Source: Calditrichia bacterium (GTDB taxonomy: Bacteria > Calditrichota > Calditrichia > RBG-13-44-9). From it: 14,271 nucleotides of DNA. The notes below the pieces were generated by a model, which did no database searches, was not told the DNA's origin, and worked only from the letters and a program-made list of their open reading frames with translations. The DNA is taken from assembly GCA_037381445.1 (NCBI GenBank), contig JARRQT010000061.1, forward strand, positions 1 to 14,271, read 5' to 3'. Made by a program: the position numbers and the translations under genes. Position 1 is the first letter of the stretch; every line of letters begins with the position of its first letter. Shown here in pieces: positions 1 to 7,865 of this stretch.

Positions 1-693
1 CGGATCCACCGGCTGTTGGAAAAATACCTGGCCGACGAGACCAGTTTGAGCGAGGCGGAATGGCACCCCACAGCAGAAGATAGGGAGCACGATCTGACAG
101 CACAGGAAGCAGATGAACTGGCGGCCCAATTGGGCAACCCCGTTTACGATCCCCACGGCGATCCCATTCCGACGGCGGACGGCGAAATACCTTTGTCTAA
201 AGGTGTATCGCTTAATGAAGCGGAATCAGGGGCAGCGGTAAAGGTGCTGCACATCGAAGACGAGCCTCCGGAAGTATATTCACGGATTATCTCAACAGGT
301 ATTCATCCGGGCATTAGAATGATGATCCTAGAAAAAACGTCCAAAGGAATGATCTGTGAAGTAAACGGCGCCAGGAAGAATTTCGACACTGCCGCCGCCC
401 AAAACATTACGGTAATCCCTCTGAAGAATGGCGACACGGCTGCCCTCCCCTTCAAATCGCTTTCATCTTTAAAACCCGGGGAAGCGGGACGGGTGATCAG
501 TATTTCGAAGGCCTGCCGCGGACAGCAGCGGCGGCGGCTGATGGATCTGGGCGTGGTGCCGGGTTCCGTGATCAGCGCCGAAATGAAAAGTGTGGGAGGC
601 GATCCCACGGCCTATTACATTCGCGGAGCGTTGATTGCTTTGCGTAAACACCAGGCGGACTACATCAATATTGAAAAATATTCAGAGGAATAG
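1..693 (+). CDS. DtxR/MntR-family metal-dependent regulator fused to two FeoA (SH3-like) domains; 5' end outside the window
   Basis: Frame is open from base 1 ([13 protein letters not shown]), so the TTG at 16 is not the start. Metal/dimerisation motifs HRLLE..L, AEDREH and [13 protein letters not shown] are followed by a first FeoA-like domain ([19 protein letters not shown]) and a canonical one ([37 protein letters not shown]). Confidence 0.88.
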   Translation, partial: RIHRLLEKYLADETSLSEAEWHPTAEDREHDLTAQEADELAAQLGNPVYDPHGDPIPTADGEIPLSKGVSLNEAESGAAVKVLHIEDEPPEVYSRIISTGIHPGIRMMILEKTSKGMICEVNGARKNFDTAAAQNITVIPLKNGDTAALPFKSLSSLKPGEAGRVISISKACRGQQRRRLMDLGVVPGSVISAEMKSVGGDPTAYYIRGALIALRKHQADYINIEKYSEE

Positions 694-697
694 AACG

Positions 698-1516
698 ATG
701 GCCGATTTAAGCACATGTGAAGCATGCCCGGCTCACAATCCGGGGAATCTGATCCGGCTGGGAATCGATATGGAACAATTCGACTTCGTGGTGGCCCTGG
801 CCGGAAATCCCAATACCGGCAAGAGCACTGTTTTCAATAAGCTCACCGGCCTCAAACAGCATACCGGCAACTGGCCGGGCAAAACCGTATCCCGCGCCGA
901 AGGCGGTTTTGCGTTTGGGGAAAAACGATTCAAGCTGGTTGACCTGCCCGGAACATATTCCCTGTTGTCCACCAGCACCGATGAAGAGGTGGCGCGTGAT
1001 TTCATTCTGTTCGGACAGCCGGATGTGACAGTGATTGTGGTCGATGCGACCCGGCTGGAGCGCAATCTTAATCTTGTTTTGCAGGTTTTGGAGATAACGG
1101 ACCGGGTGGTGCTGTGTCTCAACCTGATCGATGAAGCCCGCCGGCACGGTATTCAGATCGATGACCGGAGGCTGGCAAAGGAACTGGGCATCCCGGTAAT
1201 TCCGACTGCCGCCCGCAGCGGCAAAGGCATGCAGCAACTGCTCAAAAGCATTCACAAAGTTGCCCTTGGCGAATTTGTCTGTAAACCCTACCGAATAAAG
1301 AGCGGTAATAAAGAGCTGAAACGCGCCGTGGAAAAATTAACCGCCAAAGTTTTGGAACAATTCCCCGAGCTGCCCAACGCCCGCTGGGTGGCGCTGCGCC
1401 TGCTGGAAGGAGACCAGCGAATCATAGACGCCATAAAAAGCGGCGAAATCGCCACCCTGATACGCCAGAATTCGGTTCGTGAACCGGGCGCAAATTTACA
1501 GTTGGAAGCGAGGTAA
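698..1516 (+). CDS. feoB: FeoB N-terminal GTPase part of a split ferrous iron transporter (272 aa)
   Basis: G1 GNPNTGKS, G2 GNWPGKT, G3 DLPG, G4 NLID, then the helical region [15 protein letters not shown] 698 lies 4 nt after the upstream TAG with GAGGA just upstream, so it is preferred over the TTG at 635. Confidence 0.92.
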   Translation: MADLSTCEACPAHNPGNLIRLGIDMEQFDFVVALAGNPNTGKSTVFNKLTGLKQHTGNWPGKTVSRAEGGFAFGEKRFKLVDLPGTYSLLSTSTDEEVARDFILFGQPDVTVIVVDATRLERNLNLVLQVLEITDRVVLCLNLIDEARRHGIQIDDRRLAKELGIPVIPTAARSGKGMQQLLKSIHKVALGEFVCKPYRIKSGNKELKRAVEKLTAKVLEQFPELPNARWVALRLLEGDQRIIDAIKSGEIATLIRQNSVREPGANLQLEAR

Positions 1517-1519
1517 TTT

Positions 1520-2954
1520 ATGGAAAATAACGTGCGGAAAGATACGGAAGGCATTCTGGCCGCCGCAAATGCGCTGCGCTGGGAAGTTGGGGAAGATTTT
1601 CATGATTCCCTGATGGAGGCCATTTATGAGGATGCTGCAGCTATTTCCGGCAAAACCGTTACGCTGCCCGACAGAAGGCCTCATTTCGACCTGGAACGAA
1701 CCATCGACCGTTTGGTGACCAGCCGCTGGCTGGGATTTCCCATCATGTTCGCGCTGCTGGCGGTGGTCTTCTGGCTAACCGTGCAGGGCGCCAATTATCC
1801 GTCCCAGCTCATTGCATCCGTTCTATTGGATAAAGTTCACCCGGCGCTGAAAGCTGCGGCTGCCTTTGTTGGCATTCCCTCATGGATAAACGGTTTATTG
1901 ATCGACGGCGGTTATCTGGCCATGGCCTGGGTTATCAGCGTCATGCTGCCGCCCATGGCCATTTTCTTCCCGCTATTTACGCTGCTGGAAGATTTGGGCT
2001 ACCTGCCGCGGGTGGCATTCAATACCGACGGACTGTTCCGCAGGGCCGGGGCGCATGGCAAACAGGCGCTGACCATGAGCATGGGATTTGGCTGCAACGC
2101 CGCCGGCGTGGTCGCCACCCGCATCATCGACAGTCCCAGGGAACGGCTGATCGCCATTATCACCAACAATTTTTCATTGTGCAACGGAAGATGGCCCACC
2201 CAGATTTTGATCGCCGCAATCTTTATCGGGGCGGTTGTCCCGGCGCAGATCGCCGGAATCGTAACTGCGGCGGGCCGTAGTGGGCGTCGCCCTGCTTGGG
2301 ATTACGCTCAGCCTGGCGGTCTCCTGGGGGCTGTCCAGAAGCGTTCTGAAGGGGGAAGCGTCGGCTTTCAGCCTGGAGCTGCCGCCCTACCGCCCGCCGC
2401 GCATCCTGCAGATTCTCTACACCTCGCTCATCGACCGCACCATGATCGTTTTGTGGAGGGCCATTGTTTTTGCCTTTCCGGCGGGCCTGGTCATCTGGCT
2501 GGTGGCGAATGTGCATATTGGCGGCGTTAGCATCGCTGAACTTTTCATCAACTGGTCGAATCCCTTTGGGCTGCTCATCGGGTTGAACGGCGTTATCCTG
2601 CTGGCTTACATCATCGCCATTCCCGCCAACGAAATTGTAATCCCCACTGTTTTGATGCTGACCGTAATGGTAACCGGCATGCATGAAATCGGCGCCGGGG
2701 CCGGTGTGATGTTCGAAGCCGATTCGCTGGCGGCGACATCCAATATTTTGCAAGCCGGGGGCTGGACACTGCTCACCGGAATCAACCTGATGCTGTTCAG
2801 CCTGCTGCATAATCCCTGTTCCACAACCATTTACACTATTTACAAGGAAACCGGCAGCATCAAATGGACGGTTGTTTCCACCATATTGCCCATAATCATG
2901 GGAATTACCGTTTGTTTTTTCGTTGCCCAATTCTGGATGATGTTCGCCGGGTAA
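1520..2954 (+). pseudogene. feoB: FeoB membrane (Gate/nucleoside-recognition) part, interrupted by a +1 frameshift near 2272-2274; may be a sequencing error
   Basis: First frame has [35 protein letters not shown]; second frame has [22 protein letters not shown]. Deleting one G from GGG 2272-2274 joins them as [13 protein letters not shown] and gives one 477-aa ORF. Confidence 0.88.
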
Positions 2955-2998
2955 TATTCGATGACGGACTTCTTTTTGGGGTAATGTTCGGGCTTTTA

Positions 2999-3055
2999 TT
3001 TGACAGGATTCACAGGATATATAGGGATGCAAATCATCCTGTTGATCCTTTAAAA
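2999..3055. repeat. Imperfect inverted repeat built on ACAGGAT/ATCCTGT units; possible terminator of the feo operon
   Basis: TTTGACAGGATTCACAGGAT (2999-3018) vs ATCCTGTTGATCCTTTAAAA (3036-3055): 16 of 20 positions Watson-Crick complementary. Confidence 0.65.
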
Positions 3056-3091
3056 AGCATTGACTGAGCACTTATTTTATTTCTATAGTAA

Positions 3092-3280
3092 GACGAAGAA
3101 GTTGGGGATAAGCACTGTTTTGCGGAGACCGCCGGCGGCATCCGCGTGACCGGCCGGGTGGAGTATGCGGTGCCGGGCTGGATTTTTGCGCTGCTTGTCA
3201 ACCGCTATTTTACGAAAGATGTCCGCCGAATTATCACCTGCGGGGAGAAGCTTCTGGCAGAACTCTTTGGTGATTCCTGA
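3092..3280 (+). pseudogene. C-terminal remnant of an SRPBCC (START/Bet v1-like) family gene
   Basis: Frame open between TAG-TAA (3086-3091) and TGA (3278-3280) reads HCFAETAGGIRVTGRVEYAVPGWIFALLVNRYFTKDVRRIITCGEKLLAELFGDS, resembling the SRPBCC C-terminal pattern H.F....GGT.mtD.V.Y..P.G....v..d...IF..R...l..lF. No start codon upstream of the similarity. Confidence 0.6.
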
Positions 3281-3430
3281 GATCATTCCTGAGAAAGTCC
3301 GCTAAGATTTCAGGATCATCAGATTTTATTTAAGTTATTTACTCTCCTGTCTTTCCACCCTTATCTTAATTTCAAAATATTTCGGTAAGCAGGTACACTG
3401 AAGCCAAAAAATTAAAAGGAGAGCTTTGCA

Positions 3431-5593
3431 ATGAAGTTTTTTTACAAGTGGATGTTCCTGTGGTTTGTTGTTTTCGGTATAATCGCTGTGCATGCCGACG
3501 AAGGCATGTGGCTGCCCCATCAAATGAAAGACCTTAACCTGGAAAAATCGGGACTGCGGATGGACCCCGCCGATCTCTATAAAACCGACGGCACCGGCCT
3601 CATGAGCGCTATTGTGTCCTTCGGCGGCGGCACCGGGGAATTCGTGAGTCCGCAGGGACTGATTCTCACCAACCACCATGTGGCTTTCCGGGCCCTGCAG
3701 CGCGCCTCGGACCCGCAGCATGACTACATCACTGACGGATTCCTGGCCCAGACCAGCGCAGAAGAAATCCCTGCGCCGGGCTATCACATCGATGTCCTGC
3801 TGGAATACCGGGATGTGACAAAAGATATCGCCGCAGCCGTCAGAGAAGGGATGGACCCGCTGCAGCGCTATGACGCCATCGATAAGGCCAAAAAGAAACT
3901 GGTCGGCAAAACGGAGAAAAAAGGCACCGATATCCGCGCCGAGGTCAAAGACATGTACCAGGGAAACAAATATTACCTGTTCATTTACAAACGCATCAAC
4001 GATATCCGCATCGTCTATGCGCCGCCCCGCGACCTGGGAAATTTCGGCGGCGAAATCGACAACTGGATGTGGCCGCGCCATACCGCGGACTTCTCCTTCC
4101 TGCGGGCCTACGTGTCGAAAGACAATAGAGGTGTGGGATACAGCACCAACAACGTCCCCTATCATCCCCAATCGGTTCTGAAAATCTCGCTGGACGGGGT
4201 GAAGGAAGGCGACTTCACCTTCGTGATGGGATACCCGGCCCGCACCTACCGCAACTTCACGCTTTCCGAACTGGAATATGACCTGAAGGATATGAAAGAA
4301 AGGCTGATCAATTATTCGGACTTGATCAGCTTTTTTGAGGATGCCGGCAAAAACAGCAAGGCCGTCGAAATCAAATATGCCAGCAAGGTGAAGGGACTGA
4401 ACAATTCCAAAAAGAACCGCCAGGGCAAACTGGAAGGTTTCGCGAAGCACGGCATGCTGAAGCGCAAAGCGCTAACGGAAAAGCAGTTTCAGGAATGGGC
4501 GGATGCCGATCCTGTGCGGGTCAAAAAATACGGCGGCATTCTGGAACGCATCGGCAAATTCATGCAGGATTACGACAAGCAGACCTCCCGGGAGCAGAAA
4601 CTCTCCGCGCTGGTAAGCCCTTATCTTGGCCCTGCCCTGCTCTGGCAGGCGCATCTTATTTACCGGACAGTGGAAGAGCGGCAGAAACCCGACCTGAAGC
4701 GGGAAGAAGATTACCAGGAACGGAATATGCCGGAGATCCGGCAGAGGGTTGAACTGGCCGAACGGGGATATGATCTAAACACCGACAGGGCGTTTATGAA
4801 ATATCTGCTGGTGAAGATGTTCGATTACCCGCAGGAGCAGGTGCCGGACGCACTGAAAGATATCATCGCGCAAAAATCGGAAACGGCGGTCAGCGATTTC
4901 GTGGACGGGCTGTACGAGAAGACCATTCTGGCCGATCCGCAGAGACGGCTGCAGCTTCTGAACATGAAACCGAAGGAGTTGAATAAGCTTCACGACCCCT
5001 TCATCGATCTGGCCGGCCGGATCGAAAGTCAGTTGAAAACCATGCGCGAACAGGGAAAAGCACTGGACCAGCAAAGAAGCGATCTGCGCAAAATCTACCT
5101 GGAAGCCCTGCTGGAGCAGAAAAACAGCCTGCTGGCACCCGATGCAAATTCCACCCTGCGCTTTACCTGTGGCACGGTGGCGGGCTATTCGCCGGCGGAC
5201 GGCATCTGGTATGAACCCCAGACAACCCTGAACGGCGTCCTTGAGAAAGACACCGGCACCTTTCCATTCCGTGTCCCTGAAAAGATAAAGGAATTGGAAA
5301 AAGCAAGGGACTTCGGACGGTATGCCGATTCCCGCCTCAACGACATCCCGGCCTGTTTCCTGAATACCACCAATGTGACCGGTGGAAATTCCGGTTCACC
5401 CACCCTCAATGCCAAAGGAGAGCAGGTGGGTATAATTTTCGATATGACCTATGAAAGCGTTATCGGCGATTATTACATCATACCCAAGCTGCAGCGGACC
5501 ATCAGTGTGGACATCCGCTACGTATTGTTTGTCACCGAAAAATTCTCCGGGGCTGCGCGGCTCCTCGAAGAAATGGGGCTTCAGGGAAAATAG
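3431..5593 (+). CDS. S46-family dipeptidyl peptidase (DPP7/DPP11/DAP BII-like), signal peptide
   Basis: Signal peptide ending VHA then DEGMWLP; TNHH (catalytic His), DNWMWPRHTADF (Asp), TGGNSGSP (Ser654). SD AAAGGAGAG 7 nt before the ATG. Confidence 0.95.
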   Translation: MKFFYKWMFLWFVVFGIIAVHADEGMWLPHQMKDLNLEKSGLRMDPADLYKTDGTGLMSAIVSFGGGTGEFVSPQGLILTNHHVAFRALQRASDPQHDYITDGFLAQTSAEEIPAPGYHIDVLLEYRDVTKDIAAAVREGMDPLQRYDAIDKAKKKLVGKTEKKGTDIRAEVKDMYQGNKYYLFIYKRINDIRIVYAPPRDLGNFGGEIDNWMWPRHTADFSFLRAYVSKDNRGVGYSTNNVPYHPQSVLKISLDGVKEGDFTFVMGYPARTYRNFTLSELEYDLKDMKERLINYSDLISFFEDAGKNSKAVEIKYASKVKGLNNSKKNRQGKLEGFAKHGMLKRKALTEKQFQEWADADPVRVKKYGGILERIGKFMQDYDKQTSREQKLSALVSPYLGPALLWQAHLIYRTVEERQKPDLKREEDYQERNMPEIRQRVELAERGYDLNTDRAFMKYLLVKMFDYPQEQVPDALKDIIAQKSETAVSDFVDGLYEKTILADPQRRLQLLNMKPKELNKLHDPFIDLAGRIESQLKTMREQGKALDQQRSDLRKIYLEALLEQKNSLLAPDANSTLRFTCGTVAGYSPADGIWYEPQTTLNGVLEKDTGTFPFRVPEKIKELEKARDFGRYADSRLNDIPACFLNTTNVTGGNSGSPTLNAKGEQVGIIFDMTYESVIGDYYIIPKLQRTISVDIRYVLFVTEKFSGAARLLEEMGLQGK

Positions 5594-5635
5594 CCCCTGT
5601 TCAATAATAAAATTTATTTGTAAATAAAAAACTAC

Positions 5636-5675
5636 AAATCCCGGGAATCACTTTTACTGCTTTCCGGGATTTTTT
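5636..5675 (+). terminator. Rho-independent terminator after the S46 gene
   Basis: AAATCCCGGGAA (5636-5647) pairs with TTTCCGGGATTT (5661-5672) with one G-U, running into a T tract. Confidence 0.75.
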
Positions 5676-5849
5676 ATATTCATTTCTCAGTTGGTCCCAT
5701 TCCCGGGCGGCACAGGGGGAATTTCGAGGTTCATCTTCAATTTTACATGAATTTCTGATCTTTCCCGGAATAATACGGTTATTTCATATTTAAATTAGTC
5801 GGGCAAATTTAAATCAACCAGATGTCATTCTCAAACGAGGGCTAAAAAC

Positions 5850-7310
5850 ATGGACCCAAAATTCAGTAAAAGAAGGATTCTGGTGGCGGGCGCCAGCGGC
5901 TATGTCGGCGGTCGGCTGGTCCCGCGTCTCATCGAAAAAGGTTACCCGGTGCGCTGCCTGGCCCGCACGCCGGAGAAACTGGCGGCCCGCAACTGGGAAG
6001 GCGTGGAGGTGGTGCAGGGGGACGTCTTCGATCCCGCCTCGCTGGCCGCAGCCCTGGAAGGCATGGATATCGCCTATTACCTGATCCATTCCATGTCCGG
6101 CAAAGGGGATTTTGAAGCAATGGATATGCAGGCGGCCGGCAATTTCGGGACCGCCGCGGCAGAGGCTGGCATAAAACGCATCATCTACCTGGGCGGTCTG
6201 GCAAAGGATTCGGATGAACTCTCGGCGCACCTGAGGAGCCGACAGGAGGTGGGCAGAATTCTGGCTGAATCGGACGTAGCGGTCACAGAATTGCGCGCTT
6301 CCATCATCATCGGCTCCGGCAGCGCCTCATTTGAAATTATCCGCGATCTGGTGCACAAGCTTCCCGTCATGATTACGCCCCGCTGGGTCCGGTCAAAATG
6401 CGAGCCCATTTCCATCCGCAATGTCATCGATTATCTGATCGGCTGCCTGGAAGAACCGCGCACCGCGCGGCAGGTGCTGGAAATCGGGGGCGGGGAAATT
6501 CTGACTTACGCAGATATGATGCGGCAGGTAGCGGAAGTGATGGGCAAATCCCTGCGCATTCTGTCGGTGCCGGTGCTGACCCCCCGGCTCTCCGCCTACT
6601 GGCTGAATATCGTGACCTCGGTCCCCATGAGCATTGCCTACCCGCTCATCGAGGGCCTGCGGAATGATTCCGTTTCCGGCGACCGCCGTATCCGGGAATG
6701 GATCCCGCTGGATCTGCTTCCCTTCCGGGAAGCCGTGCGGCGGGCTTTGACCGTCGAGAAAGAAGGAGAAATCGAGTCCCGCTGGACGGAGGCCTCCGGA
6801 GACGCCAACCGTGAGTATGAAGCAGTCGGTGATCGAAAAGTGCTGCGGGACTTGCGGGAAATAGTGACTGACGCCTCTCCCGAGGCGGTTTTCCGGATCA
6901 TTCAGAGAATCGGCGGCGAAACCGGATGGTATTATGCAGACTGGACCTGGAAGCTCCGCGGTGTTGCGGACCGGCTGATCGGCGGGGTGGGAATGCGGCG
7001 GGGACGGCGTCACCCCCGCGACCTGCGGCTGGGGGATGCGGTTGATTTCTGGCGGGTGGACAAATTCATACCCAGCAGATTGCTGCGTCTCAAAGCGGAG
7101 ATGAAACTGCCCGGCCTCGCCCTGCTGGAATTCCAGGTATACCGCAATGAACAGGATAAAACTGTCTATCGGCAGGAAGCCATTTTCTATCCGATAAACT
7201 TATGGGGTACGCTCTACTGGTATGGTATGCTGCCCGCCCACTTTTTCATTTTCCGGAACATAGCAGACAGAATCGTGCGCCATGCGGAAATCGCTGCTGC
7301 AAATCAATAA
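5850..7310 (+). CDS. Atypical SDR / NAD(P)-binding oxidoreductase with C-terminal DUF2867 domain (YbjT-like)
   Basis: Rossmann motif ILVAGASGYVGG; YYLIHSM, LSAHLRSRQE, ELRASIIIGSGSASFE; C-terminal IGGETGWYY..W.LRG..D, DFWRV, LKAEMKLPG, G.LYWY typical of YbjT-type proteins. SD-like GAGGG upstream. Confidence 0.9.
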   Translation: MDPKFSKRRILVAGASGYVGGRLVPRLIEKGYPVRCLARTPEKLAARNWEGVEVVQGDVFDPASLAAALEGMDIAYYLIHSMSGKGDFEAMDMQAAGNFGTAAAEAGIKRIIYLGGLAKDSDELSAHLRSRQEVGRILAESDVAVTELRASIIIGSGSASFEIIRDLVHKLPVMITPRWVRSKCEPISIRNVIDYLIGCLEEPRTARQVLEIGGGEILTYADMMRQVAEVMGKSLRILSVPVLTPRLSAYWLNIVTSVPMSIAYPLIEGLRNDSVSGDRRIREWIPLDLLPFREAVRRALTVEKEGEIESRWTEASGDANREYEAVGDRKVLRDLREIVTDASPEAVFRIIQRIGGETGWYYADWTWKLRGVADRLIGGVGMRRGRRHPRDLRLGDAVDFWRVDKFIPSRLLRLKAEMKLPGLALLEFQVYRNEQDKTVYRQEAIFYPINLWGTLYWYGMLPAHFFIFRNIADRIVRHAEIAAANQ

Positions 7311-7509
7311 TCTTTCACGCCCCTTTCTTTGACATCCGCAGTGCTCTCCTTTATCAAACGGCACAAGACTGTTACGGTGCATCCATTATGATATTCTATT
7401 TATCATTCTGCATAAAGTTAGTTTTCGAGGATTAACAGCCCGATTCCCGGAGCCGTCGAAATTCCTTTAAATTATCATCGTTAATGGTATTTTATGCCAT
7501 TGCCAAGTG

Positions 7510-7540
7510 TTGATTTTTACATTGCATAACATTATATTTG
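7510..7540 (+). promoter_or_regulatory. Candidate housekeeping promoter for the S8 peptidase gene
   Basis: TTGATT (7510-7515), 17-nt spacer, TATATT (7533-7538); TATATTTG also fits the Bacteroidota TAnnTTTG element. AT-rich context lowers specificity. Confidence 0.5.
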
Positions 7541-7755
7541 GTGCGCTTTATGCATCTTTTACGATCTATTCAAATAATACTGGCTTTTCTCCCGGAATAA
7601 AAGACTGGAATTCCTCAGGTTTCATCTGCCGCAGCATTTTGCTTTACTTCTTTAATAAGGGAGATTTCTGATTCTCCCTATTCTATATTCTTGCACTGAC
7701 AGGGTTTTATTTACCATTCCCGTTTCAGGCGATTTTCTTGATGACTTCCTGCAAG

Positions 7756-7790
7756 GAAAGGAGGTGGTGCCGTTGTCTGTGTTCATTTGA
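7756..7790 (+). promoter_or_regulatory. Extended Shine-Dalgarno followed by a 5-codon upstream ORF
   Basis: GAAAGGAGGTG (7756-7766), then TTG TCT GTG TTC ATT TGA (7773-7790), 8 nt after GGAGG. Confidence 0.4.
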
Positions 7791-7865
7791 CCGTAAAAAC
7801 AAACAGGGCAGATGATTTAAACAGAGGGAACTGCCTACTCCATAATAATATTGCAGGAGAAAAGT

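Noticed and set aside
635..697. TTG start extending the FeoB GTPase
   Set aside because: Overlaps the conserved FeoA C-terminus; ATG 698 has a better SD and operon spacing.
2275..2530. C-terminal tail of the 1520-2530 ORF, and 2280-2954 as an independent gene
   Set aside because: The tail is out-of-frame sequence after the +1 shift; 2280-2954 is the continuation of FeoB and has no convincing RBS.
2949..2990. Direct repeat GGGTAAT(A/G)TTCG at 30-nt spacing over the feoB stop
   Set aside because: Only two 12-nt copies with no element between them; cannot be told from chance or a small duplication scar.
3273..3294. Tandem ATTCCTGAGA x2
   Set aside because: Short local duplication with no supporting structure.
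3335..4450. 371-aa minus-strand ORF
   Set aside because: Antisense shadow of the S46 gene with no recognisable motifs; the same applies to 707-1255, 2223-3071, 6393-7013, 8241-8849, 9765-10466 and 11450-12091.
5613..5628. TTTATTT-GT-AAATAAA palindrome as an operator
   Set aside because: A/T-only arms in an AT-rich tract upstream of a terminator; likely chance.
7851..7865. TTG start for the S8 peptidase
   Set aside because: This stretch contains the SD (CAGGAG) for ATG 7866, which begins a typical signal peptide.
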